Source of the DNA: Bacteroidales bacterium
GTDB lineage: Bacteria > Bacteroidota > Bacteroidia > Bacteroidales > UBA12077
Length of the DNA stretch: 44,447 bases
Assembly: GCA_030668615.1 (NCBI GenBank)
Contig: DAOUTQ010000003.1
Location: 1 to 44,447 of the forward strand
Reading direction: 5' to 3'
The notes beneath the pieces are model-generated. The model ran no database searches. It was not told where the DNA came from and saw nothing but the letters and a program-made list of their open reading frames with translations. This document shows, one piece after another, positions 25,756-34,603 of the stretch (position 1 is the first letter of the stretch; each line of letters begins with the position of its first letter). The position numbers were made by a program, and so were the translations under genes.

Positions 25756-28473
25756 ATGTCAAACGTAAAAAGAGTTTACACTTTTGGAGATAGAAAAGCT
25801 GAAGGTAACGCTACAATGAAAAACCTTCTTGGAGGAAAAGGTGCCAACCTTGCCGAAATGAACCTTATTGGTGTACCTGTTCCTGCAGGATTCACAATTA
25901 CTACTGAAGTTTGTACAGAATATAATGAAATTGGTAAAGATTCTGTTGTTGAATTAATGAAAGCTGAAGTTGAAGCTGGTATTACAGCAACTGAAAAAGC
26001 AATGAATGCAAAATTTGGTTCAAAAGGAGAAGCTTTTCCTTTATTAGTTTCTGTGCGTTCTGGTGCTCGTGCTTCAATGCCTGGTATGATGAATACTGTT
26101 CTAAACCTTGGTATGAATGACGAGACTGTAAAATTGGTTGCTGAGAAATCAGGAAGTGAAAAATTTGCTTACGATTCATATCGTCGTTTCATCCACATGT
26201 ATGGTGACGTGGTGATGGGAGTTGAAGCTGAAGATGGTCAACATGATCCGTTTGAACTTGTACTTGATAGTGTTAAAGAATCTAAAGGTTATGATTCTGA
26301 TGCTGAATTTACATTAGAAGATTTAAAGTACATTGTTGCCGAATATAAAAAAGTAGTAAAAGAAAAAGCTGGCAAAGACTTCCCAACTAATCCATGGGAT
26401 CAATTATGGGGAGCTATTTGTGCTGTATTCGATTCTTGGAATACCGAAAGAGCAATTCTTTATAGAAGAATGGAACAAATTCCTGACGAATGGGGAACTG
26501 CTGTAAACGTTCAAGCAATGGTATATGGTAATATGGGTGAAACTTCTGCTACTGGTGTATGTTTTTCTCGTGATGCTGCAACTGGTGAAGATCAATTTAA
26601 TGGAGAATATTTAATTAATGCTCAGGGTGAAGACGTTGTTGCTGGTATTAGAACTCCTTTAGAAATAACCAAAGTTGGTTCATTGAGATGGGCTGAACGT
26701 AACGGTACTTCAGAAGATGTTCGTATTAAGAATTTTGCTTCATTGGAAGAGGCAATGCCAGAATTATACAATGAATTAAATGATACTCAACAAAAACTTG
26801 AAGATCATTATCATGATATGCAAGATATGGAGTTTACTATTCAAGATAGTAAACTTTGGATGTTACAAACACGTAATGGTAAACGCACTGGTGCAGCTAT
26901 GGTAAAAATGGCTGTTGACATGTTAGAACAAGGTTTGATCGACGAAAAAACTGCCGTTTTACGTCAAGATCCTAATAAATTAGATGAACTATTACACCCG
27001 GTTTTTGAAGCTACTGCAATTGCTAATGCAAAAGTACTTTCAAAAGGTCTTCCTGCTTCTCCAGGTGCTGCTACTGGAAAAATTGTTTTCTCTGCTCACG
27101 ATGCTGAAGTTGAAGCGGAAAATGGGGAGAAAGTAATTCTTGTTCGTCGTGAAACTTCTCCAGAAGATTTAAAAGGAATGTATGCTGCTGTTGGTATTCT
27201 TACTGAACGTGGTGGAATGACATCTCACGCAGCTGTTGTAGCTCGTGGAATGGGTAAATGTTGTATTTCTTCTGCTGCAGGATTAACTGTTACAAATTCT
27301 TCAATGGCAATTAATGGCGTTCAGTACAAAAAAGGAGATTTTATCTCTCTTAATGGATCAACAGGTGAAGTATACGAAGGTAAAGTTGCTACTATTACTC
27401 CTACACTTGATGGAGATTTTGGTAAAATGATGGATCTTGCTGAAAAGAATACTAAAATGTATGTTAGAACAAATGCTGATTCTCCTGCTGATGCTAAAGC
27501 AGCACGTGAATTTGGTGCTAAAGGTATTGGTCTTTGTCGTACTGAGCACATGTTCTTCGAAGGTGAGCGTATCTGGGCTATCCGTGAAATGATTCTTGCT
27601 GAAGATGAAGCAGGTCGTAGAGAAGCTCTTGCTAAGTTACTTCCTATCCAACGTGAAGATTTCACAGGTATTTTAGAAGCTATGGACGGATTTGGTGTTA
27701 CAATTCGTTTACTTGATCCACCTTTACATGAGTTTACTCCAAACGATGTTGAATCTCAAAAAGAAATGGCTGAAAAATTAGGAGTTTCTGTTGATGTTGT
27801 AAAAGCTAAAGTTGAATCCTTACACGAATTCAACCCAATGTTAGGACATCGTGGTTGTCGTTTAGGAAATACATATCCAGAAATTACAGAAATGCAAGCT
27901 CGTGCAATTATTGAAGCTACTTGTGATTTAAAAGCTAAAGGACTAAATCCTAAGCCAGAAATTATGGTTCCACTTATTGGAACAGTTCAAGAATACAAAA
28001 TGCAGGAAGATATTATTCGTGCAACAGCAGAGAAAGTTTTTGCTGAAAGAGGAACAAAAGTTGACTACATGGTTGGTACAATGATTGAAATTCCTCGTGC
28101 GGCATTAACTGCAAACGAAGTAGCTGAATATGCTGAATTTTTCTCATTTGGTACAAATGATTTAACTCAGATGACATTTGGTTATTCTCGTGACGATGCT
28201 GGTAAATTCTTGCCTATCTACATTAAGAAAGGTTTATTAAAGAATGATCCTTTCCAACAAATAGACCAAATAGGTGTTGGTCAATTAGTTGAAATGGCAA
28301 CACAAAAAGGTAGAGCTACAAATCCTAATTTAAAAGTTGGTATTTGTGGTGAGCATGGTGGTGAACCAACATCAGTTGAATTTTGTCACAGAACAGGGTT
28401 AGATTATGTTTCTTGTTCTCCGTTTAGAGTTCCAATCGCAAGATTAGCTGCTGCACAAGCAAACCTAAGATAA
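25756..28473 (+). CDS. ppdK: Pyruvate, phosphate dikinase
   Basis: LLGGKGANLAEM, SVRSGA, phospho-His GGMTSHAAVVARG, IGLCRTEHMF, EFNPMLGHRGCR, FGTNDLTQ and GICGEHGG. Confidence 0.98.
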   Translation: MSNVKRVYTFGDRKAEGNATMKNLLGGKGANLAEMNLIGVPVPAGFTITTEVCTEYNEIGKDSVVELMKAEVEAGITATEKAMNAKFGSKGEAFPLLVSVRSGARASMPGMMNTVLNLGMNDETVKLVAEKSGSEKFAYDSYRRFIHMYGDVVMGVEAEDGQHDPFELVLDSVKESKGYDSDAEFTLEDLKYIVAEYKKVVKEKAGKDFPTNPWDQLWGAICAVFDSWNTERAILYRRMEQIPDEWGTAVNVQAMVYGNMGETSATGVCFSRDAATGEDQFNGEYLINAQGEDVVAGIRTPLEITKVGSLRWAERNGTSEDVRIKNFASLEEAMPELYNELNDTQQKLEDHYHDMQDMEFTIQDSKLWMLQTRNGKRTGAAMVKMAVDMLEQGLIDEKTAVLRQDPNKLDELLHPVFEATAIANAKVLSKGLPASPGAATGKIVFSAHDAEVEAENGEKVILVRRETSPEDLKGMYAAVGILTERGGMTSHAAVVARGMGKCCISSAAGLTVTNSSMAINGVQYKKGDFISLNGSTGEVYEGKVATITPTLDGDFGKMMDLAEKNTKMYVRTNADSPADAKAAREFGAKGIGLCRTEHMFFEGERIWAIREMILAEDEAGRREALAKLLPIQREDFTGILEAMDGFGVTIRLLDPPLHEFTPNDVESQKEMAEKLGVSVDVVKAKVESLHEFNPMLGHRGCRLGNTYPEITEMQARAIIEATCDLKAKGLNPKPEIMVPLIGTVQEYKMQEDIIRATAEKVFAERGTKVDYMVGTMIEIPRAALTANEVAEYAEFFSFGTNDLTQMTFGYSRDDAGKFLPIYIKKGLLKNDPFQQIDQIGVGQLVEMATQKGRATNPNLKVGICGEHGGEPTSVEFCHRTGLDYVSCSPFRVPIARLAAAQANLR

Positions 28474-28494
28474 GAATTATCAAATCTATATTTT

Positions 28495-28520
28495 AAAAGA
28501 GGCTTGACAGCCTCTTTTTT
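28495..28520 (+). terminator. Intrinsic terminator after ppdK
   Basis: AAAAGAGGCT-TGAC-AGCCTCTTTTTT. Confidence 0.88.
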
Positions 28521-28528
28521 CATGTATA

Positions 28529-28598
28529 CACACTTCGATAAACTCAGTATGACAGTTTGATTCTAATATGGCTGTCATATTGAGCCTGTCGAAATATG
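28529..28598. repeat. REP-doublet-like long imperfect palindrome
   Basis: CTTCGATAAACTCAGTATGACAG (28533-28555) is inverted against CTGTCATATTGAGCCTGTCGAAA (28572-28594). Confidence 0.75.
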
Positions 28599-28686
28599 AA
28601 CAGCCTTGAGACTTTTATGAAAGTTTTTTTTTGCATTAAAGAGTAATAAAACTAAATATGAGTATAGATTAAATATGAATATTTTA

Positions 28687-28694
28687 TAACTTTG
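28687..28694 (+). promoter_or_regulatory. Putative -7 box for pckA
   Basis: TAACTTTG, 28 nt upstream of the ATG. Confidence 0.55.
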
Positions 28695-28722
28695 AGTTTT
28701 ATTAAAAAGATCATTTTAAACT

Positions 28723-30387
28723 ATGGATAATACAATTCTGGAATCCTCATTCAATCAGTCAATAATAGACATTATTGAAGGTCACAAAAGTGTACTTTTA
28801 AATTTAGATCGTAAAGATTTAATTAAGCATGTTTTGGATAACAGAGAAGCAATAGCTTCGAAAAACGGAGCATTAGCTACCTGGACTGCGCCGGAGTCAA
28901 CTGGTCGTCGACCAAGAGACACTTATATTGTTAAAAGAGAAACAAGTGAAAAAAATATCGACTGGACTTCTCCTAATAATATTCCAATCAAAGAAGACAT
29001 ATTTGATATGGTTTTTTCTGATGCCTTAGATTACTTATATAAAAAGAATAATATTTATATTACAGACAGAATAATTGGGGCTGATTCCAAGTATGCATTA
29101 CCTGTAAGAACAATTACCAGTCAGGCATTGACTTCCCTTTTTACAGACAATATGTTCAGAACTGTACCTAAAGACATTAAGAAGAGTGTGTTTTTTGAAC
29201 GTGGATTTCAATTACTTACAGTTCCATTTGATAAATTAAACAGTATAAAATATAAAAGTCTTTTACGAATTCTTCCTAATGGTGATACATCTGACATTGC
29301 CGTTATAATGGATTTAGATAGAAGATTGGGAGTTATTGTTGGGTCTGCTTACTTAGGAAGTGTAAAAAAACTCATGTTTACAGTAATGAATTACTATCTT
29401 CCGTTCGGAGGAGTTTTACCTTTACATTGTTCAGCAAATGAAGATAAAGATGGAAATTCAGCTTTGTTACTTGGTTTATCAGGAACAGGAAAAACTACAC
29501 TTTCTGCAGATCCGGAAAGATCTCTTTTAGGCGATGATGAACATGGATGGAGTGCTGATGGAATTGCTAACTTTGAAAATGGATGTTATGCAAAGATGAT
29601 AGACATTAATCCTGATAAAGAACCAGAGATTTATGATGCTATTATGCATAAAGATGATCCATTAAAACATGGAGCAATTATTGAAAATGCAATGGTTTAT
29701 CCAAATGGAGAATTTGATTTTAGTGATAACAGGATTACAGAAAACTCAAGAGCATCTTATCCATTAAAGTTTCTAAAGAATATTAAAGAAGCCTCAACAT
29801 CTGGTCATCCATCAACTATATTGTTTTTAACAGCAGATGCTTACGGTGTTTTACCTCCAATTTCAAAATTAGATCCTGATCAAGCAAGATTATGGTTCCT
29901 AATGGGTTATACAAGTAAACTTGCTGGAACTGAAACCGGAATCACAGAACCTCAAGCTACATTCTCCCGATTCTTTGGGCAACCTTTTATGCCTTTAAAT
30001 CCTGAGTTTTATGCAACAATGTTAGGAGATAAAATGCAACAGTTTAATACTAAAGTATACTTGGTTAACACAGGTTGGTTTGGTGGAGTTTATGGCGTTG
30101 GAAAAAGAATTGATCTTAAATTAACTCGCGCTATGGTAAATGCTGCTTTAAATGGAGATCTGGAAAATGTAGAGTATACTTATGATAAATTATTTCATTT
30201 AAATGTTCCAAAAACGTGTCCGGGAATACCAAATAAAATATTAACTCCGGCAAATATGTGGATTGAAAGAGAAGATTACGATTTGACTGCCACTCGATTA
30301 GCTAATAAATTCAGTGCAGCTTTTGATGAAGCATATGGCGATAAGAATATTAAAGATCCTGTAAGAAATATGTGTCCGGGAAAGTAA
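28723..30387 (+). CDS. pckA: Phosphoenolpyruvate carboxykinase (ATP)
   Basis: YLGSVKK, LHCSAN, P-loop GLSGTGKTTLS, LGDDEHGW, FENGCYAK, TENSRASYP and YLVNTGW. Confidence 0.97.
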   Translation: MDNTILESSFNQSIIDIIEGHKSVLLNLDRKDLIKHVLDNREAIASKNGALATWTAPESTGRRPRDTYIVKRETSEKNIDWTSPNNIPIKEDIFDMVFSDALDYLYKKNNIYITDRIIGADSKYALPVRTITSQALTSLFTDNMFRTVPKDIKKSVFFERGFQLLTVPFDKLNSIKYKSLLRILPNGDTSDIAVIMDLDRRLGVIVGSAYLGSVKKLMFTVMNYYLPFGGVLPLHCSANEDKDGNSALLLGLSGTGKTTLSADPERSLLGDDEHGWSADGIANFENGCYAKMIDINPDKEPEIYDAIMHKDDPLKHGAIIENAMVYPNGEFDFSDNRITENSRASYPLKFLKNIKEASTSGHPSTILFLTADAYGVLPPISKLDPDQARLWFLMGYTSKLAGTETGITEPQATFSRFFGQPFMPLNPEFYATMLGDKMQQFNTKVYLVNTGWFGGVYGVGKRIDLKLTRAMVNAALNGDLENVEYTYDKLFHLNVPKTCPGIPNKILTPANMWIEREDYDLTATRLANKFSAAFDEAYGDKNIKDPVRNMCPGK

Positions 30388-30445
30388 TTTCTAATTTATA
30401 ATATTTCTAAATTCGATATTTAACATTTAATATAAATAAAAGGCT

Positions 30446-30485
30446 AACCTTCTTTATTTTAAAAAGTAAAGAAGGTTTCTTTTTT
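30446..30485 (+). terminator. Intrinsic terminator after pckA
   Basis: AACCTTCTTTA...TAAAGAAGGTT followed by a T-rich tail. Confidence 0.75.
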
Positions 30486-30567
30486 GTAAAAATCCTATGA
30501 AACAAACCATTGCTTTGATGCTTGCTAAATTATTTGTTATTTTGCATGTCTTTGAAAATTTAAATGT

Positions 30568-31227
30568 ATGCATATTGTTGTAAATATTGCTATTATAATC
30601 GCAGCTTACTTCTTAGGTGCTATTCCAACTTCGGTATGGATAAGCAGATCAATTTACAAGATAGATATCCGAGATTATGGAAGCGGTAATGCAGGAGCTA
30701 CAAATACCTTCAGAGTTTTAGGAGTAAAAGCCGGTATTATTGTTTTTATTGTTGATATACTTAAAGGCTTTATAGCAGTAAACCTTATACATTTTACTAA
30801 ATATTACATTCCTCATAGTGGAGATTATATTAATATTCAACTTCTTTTAGGAATTGCTGCTATGATTGGTCATATTTTCCCAATTTACGTTGGATTTCGT
30901 GGTGGTAAAGGCGTTGCTACATTATTTGGAGTAATTTGTGCCATAAGTTTTTACCCTACTTTAATTATGGCTGGTGTATTTTTTACAACATTAATAATTA
31001 CAAGATATGTTTCTTTAGCATCAATGATTTCTGGATTATCATTTCCTGTATTAATTATTGTAATTTTTAAAGAAACAACACCAACCTTAGTAATCTTTTC
31101 TTTAATAATGGCGGTGCTAATGTTATTTACACATCAAAAAAATATTGAGCGATTACTACGTAAAGAAGAAAAAAAGGCAAACCTTCCTAAACTTAAGAAG
31201 AAAAATAGGGAGCAAAAAGTTAGCTAA
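30568..31227 (+). CDS. plsY: Glycerol-3-phosphate 1-O-acyltransferase PlsY
   Basis: GSGNAGATNTFR, DILKG, GHIFP..FRGGKGVAT and THQKNIERL. Confidence 0.97.
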   Translation: MHIVVNIAIIIAAYFLGAIPTSVWISRSIYKIDIRDYGSGNAGATNTFRVLGVKAGIIVFIVDILKGFIAVNLIHFTKYYIPHSGDYINIQLLLGIAAMIGHIFPIYVGFRGGKGVATLFGVICAISFYPTLIMAGVFFTTLIITRYVSLASMISGLSFPVLIIVIFKETTPTLVIFSLIMAVLMLFTHQKNIERLLRKEEKKANLPKLKKKNREQKVS

Positions 31228-31230
31228 AAT

Positions 31231-32061
31231 CTACTTAGAAATAATATGCACATCCCTTTGAGGGAAAGGAATCTGAATTTTATTCTCACGAAACTTTTTA
31301 TCAATCTCAAAACGTAGATCACTCTTTATATTTTCAACATAGAAAGAATCATCTGTCCAGAAAAATAGTTGAAAATCTAATGAAGACTCTCCAAAATTGT
31401 TAAACCGAACAAAAGGATCTGGTTTTTTGGATATTTTCTTATGATTTATGGCACAATCATGCAATACTTTTTCTACAAGTCTTACATCTGAACCATAAGC
31501 AACTCCAACATTTACCGAGAAACGTGTTAATTTCTCAATATGACTCCAGTTGATAACTTTTCCTACGATAAATTTAGAATTTGGAATTATAAGAATAATA
31601 TTATCTCTTGTTTCTATTTTTGTTGTTCGAAAACCAATTTCTTTAACTTTTCCAATTTCATCTTCCAGCTCAACGACATCATTTATTTTCAGGTTTCTTT
31701 CAAAAAGGAGGATTAATCCAGAAACTATATCTTTAAATATTTCCTGCATTCCTAATCCTAATCCAACCAGTAATGCCGCTGAACCGGCTAAAATAAATGT
31801 CACTTTAAGACCAATTGCCTGTAATACTAAAATTATAGCTGTAATCCACAGAAAATACTTTATTAGCCGATAAATTGTATGGCTTTTTCCAATATCAATA
31901 TTTGGTTTAGGGTATATTTTCTTTTTAAAAACACGATGTAAAGTCCAGATAATAACCTCAGTTATAACAAGAATAAAAGCAGCCATTAAAATGTTATAAA
32001 CTGTAATATGCAGATTATTAGTTTCAATTAAAGTAAAATTCAATATCTCCTTAATATTCAT
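31231..32061 (-). CDS. mscS: Small-conductance mechanosensitive channel (MscS family)
   Basis: TM3 GSAALLVGLGLGMQ, IPNSKF, NWS, VGVAYGSD, FGESSLDF and IPFPQRDVHI. Confidence 0.93.
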   Translation of the reverse strand: MNIKEILNFTLIETNNLHITVYNILMAAFILVITEVIIWTLHRVFKKKIYPKPNIDIGKSHTIYRLIKYFLWITAIILVLQAIGLKVTFILAGSAALLVGLGLGMQEIFKDIVSGLILLFERNLKINDVVELEDEIGKVKEIGFRTTKIETRDNIILIIPNSKFIVGKVINWSHIEKLTRFSVNVGVAYGSDVRLVEKVLHDCAINHKKISKKPDPFVRFNNFGESSLDFQLFFWTDDSFYVENIKSDLRFEIDKKFRENKIQIPFPQRDVHIISK

Positions 32062-32068
32062 AATTTAC

Positions 32069-32860
32069 TTACATTTTGTCGTTCGTTAATTCTTTTTCAA
32101 GAATTTGCCTTAGTCGGTTTGGACCAATATTAGTTTCTATATTATCCTGTTTGGCAAATGAAATAGCTCCGGTTTCTTCAGAAACAAGAACAACAATAGC
32201 ATCTGTTTTTTCTGAAATACCTAGCGCAGCTCTGTGCCGCATTCCATATTGTGGGGGAAGATCAATTCTTTCAGTAATAGGTAATACGCAACGTGCGGCA
32301 GCTATTTTATCCTTTTTAATAATTACAGCTCCATCATGTAAAGGGCTGTTCTTAAAAAATATACTTTCCAGAAGCCGGCTTGAAGTATCAGCGTTTAAAG
32401 TATCTCCTGTTCTTATGAAACTTAATAAATCTGATCTTTTAGATATGGCAATAAGTGCTCCTGTTTTAAAAGCAGACATGTTAGAACAGGCATTAACTAT
32501 TGAATCAATATTAACAGTTTCTTCATTTTGTTCGCCAAACGAAAAAATCTTCTCAAACGAAAACCGTTTGTTTGTAATATATCGTGTACTAATAATTAAT
32601 AAAAATCGTCTTATTTCCTGTTGAAACACTATAATAAGTGCAATTACCCCAACGCCAATAACCTGTCCCAAAATACTGCTTAGCAAATCCATATTCAGAG
32701 CTTTTACTAACAGCCAAAGAAGGTATAGTGTAAAAATGCCGATAAAAATATTTATTGCTGTAGTTCCTCGAATTAAGTTATATATCTGATATAAAAGAAA
32801 TGCTACTAAAAGTATATCAAGTATATCAAGAAAACGAACAGTAATAAATGCAGTTATCAT
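32069..32860 (-). CDS. cdaA: Membrane-bound diadenylate cyclase CdaA
   Basis: Three TM helices, FQQEIRRFL, catalytic LHDGA and GMRHRAA, and VSEETG. Confidence 0.95.
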   Translation of the reverse strand: MITAFITVRFLDILDILLVAFLLYQIYNLIRGTTAINIFIGIFTLYLLWLLVKALNMDLLSSILGQVIGVGVIALIIVFQQEIRRFLLIISTRYITNKRFSFEKIFSFGEQNEETVNIDSIVNACSNMSAFKTGALIAISKRSDLLSFIRTGDTLNADTSSRLLESIFFKNSPLHDGAVIIKKDKIAAARCVLPITERIDLPPQYGMRHRAALGISEKTDAIVVLVSEETGAISFAKQDNIETNIGPNRLRQILEKELTNDKM

Positions 32861-32888
32861 AACAAAAAAAATTAAAGACCTTGCTTTA

Positions 32889-32905
32889 ACAAATGTAATA
32901 AAATT
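32889..32905 (-). promoter_or_regulatory. Putative cdaA promoter (-7 box TACATTTG)
   Basis: TACATTTG on the minus strand at 32890-32897. This 17-mer is identical to 33817-33833. Confidence 0.6.
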
Positions 32906-32909
32906 TATA

Positions 32910-33794
32910 TCAATCGTGCCAATTATCTACTTTTGCACTTAATAACTTACTTGTAAGTTTAATAGTTTGTTTTGCTTCTTTTACATCATGAACCCTTAAA
33001 ATATTTGCTCCATTTAACACAGCAATTGTATTTAACACCGATGTTCCGTTTAATGCTTCTTCAGCAGATAAATCAAGAGCTTTATATATCATTGACTTTC
33101 GAGAAACTCCGATTAATATTGGAAGTTCAAATATTCGAAAATCAGACAAATGATTTAATAACTGATAGTTATGCTCAATGGTTTTACCAAATCCAAATCC
33201 GGGATCAATAATTACATCCTTTACTCCAAGCAATTTAAGTTTATTAATTATCTCCTCGAAGTAACTTATTACAGATTCAACAACATTCTCATATTGAGGA
33301 TTATTCTGCATATTTTGCGGAGAACCGTTCATATGCATCATTACATAAGGAATATTTAGATCTGCAATAAGCTCAAACATTTTGGGATCAAGTTCGCCAG
33401 CAGAAATATCATTAATAATGTCAACATTAAAGTTATTCACAACTTCTTTAGCAACTTCCGATCTGAATGTATCAACAGAAATTATTAAATCAGGAAATGT
33501 ATTACGAATATTATCCAAAATAGAAGTTAATCTTTCTATTTCTTCTTTCGCAGAAATATCCAATGCTCCAGGCCTTGACGAATAAGCGCCAATATCAATT
33601 ATATCAGCACCTTCATTATTCATTTTTGTAACTTGAGCCAGAATTTCTTCACTTGAAGAATACTTACCACCATCATAAAAAGAATCCTGAGTAATATTCA
33701 ATATTCCCATTATTTTTGGTTCGCTCAAATCAATTAAATCTCCTTTACAATTGATATTTAATTTTCTTGAAAAAAATGTATCTTTAGGCTCCAT
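32910..33794 (-). CDS. folP: Dihydropteroate synthase
   Basis: MGILNIT.DSFYDGG, DIGAYSSRPG, SVDTF, INDIS, DPGFGFGK, GVSRKS and LRVHDV. Confidence 0.97.
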   Translation of the reverse strand: MEPKDTFFSRKLNINCKGDLIDLSEPKIMGILNITQDSFYDGGKYSSSEEILAQVTKMNNEGADIIDIGAYSSRPGALDISAKEEIERLTSILDNIRNTFPDLIISVDTFRSEVAKEVVNNFNVDIINDISAGELDPKMFELIADLNIPYVMMHMNGSPQNMQNNPQYENVVESVISYFEEIINKLKLLGVKDVIIDPGFGFGKTIEHNYQLLNHLSDFRIFELPILIGVSRKSMIYKALDLSAEEALNGTSVLNTIAVLNGANILRVHDVKEAKQTIKLTSKLLSAKVDNWHD

Positions 33795-33816
33795 TTAAAG
33801 TAGTATTAATTGCTAT

Positions 33817-33833
33817 ACAAATGTAATAAAATT
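33817..33833 (-). promoter_or_regulatory. Putative folP promoter (-7 box TACATTTG)
   Basis: TACATTTG on the minus strand at 33818-33825. Confidence 0.6.
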
Positions 33834-33904
33834 GAAGATAGAACGATTTACAAAGTTTAATCAGATTTAAAAAGTGTTGCTAATTTAAAAACAGATATTT
33901 TTTT

Positions 33905-34591
33905 ATGAAATTTATTGTTATTGAAGGATTAGATGGATCAGGAAAGTCGACGCAGCTTAAAATGTTAAGAAAATATCTTGAAGATCATAAAATAAATTAT
34001 GAATATCTGCATTTTCCAAGAACCGATTCAAGAATTTTCGGTGATTTAGTTTCTCGTTTCTTGCGTGGTGAATTAGGTGATATTAACACAGTTAATCCAT
34101 ATTTGATTTCTCTGATTTATGCTGGTGACAGAAATGATGCGAAAGATCAAATTATTCAGTGGCTAAAAGAGGACAAACTTGTTATAGTTGACAGATATGT
34201 TTACTCAAATATTGCGTTTCAATGTGCCAAATTAGAGGATTTTACAGAAAAGGAAAAACTTAGCGAATGGATAAAGGATCTTGAGTACAATTACTTTAAA
34301 ATTCCTGAGCCAGAATTAAATATCTTCTTAAATGTACCTTTTGAATTTACACGTAAGAATCTTACTAACCAGAGACACGGCGATGACAGAGGTTATTTAA
34401 ACGGAAAAGAAGACATTCATGAAAAAGATATTGGTTTTCAGGAAAAAGTAAGAAATATTTATTTGCATGAGGTTAAAAAAGATTCTCATTTAAAAATTAT
34501 TGATTGCGCAGATAGTAAAGGTGAAATGTCTGATCCTAAAAACATTTTCTCCAAAATTATTCAGTTATTAAAATCTGAAAATATTATATAA
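33905..34591 (+). CDS. tmk: Thymidylate kinase
   Basis: FIVIEGLDGSGKSTQ P-loop, LHFPR, YAGDR, VDRYVYSN and DIHE. Confidence 0.95.
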   Translation: MKFIVIEGLDGSGKSTQLKMLRKYLEDHKINYEYLHFPRTDSRIFGDLVSRFLRGELGDINTVNPYLISLIYAGDRNDAKDQIIQWLKEDKLVIVDRYVYSNIAFQCAKLEDFTEKEKLSEWIKDLEYNYFKIPEPELNIFLNVPFEFTRKNLTNQRHGDDRGYLNGKEDIHEKDIGFQEKVRNIYLHEVKKDSHLKIIDCADSKGEMSDPKNIFSKIIQLLKSENII

Positions 34592-34603
34592 AATACATTA
34601 ACA

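Noticed and set aside
18856-28520. Shared AAAAGAGGCT/AGCCTCTTTT stem at 18858 and 28495 as a repeat family
   Set aside because: The stem is short and both copies are adequately explained as ordinary intrinsic terminators.
7404-32912. UGA read-through at the TGA stops at 7404, 19931 and 32910, considered because selD is present
   Set aside because: The methyltransferase and FolP domains look complete. The downstream frames checked (after 7404 and 19931) are not protein-like, and I saw no SECIS-like hairpin.
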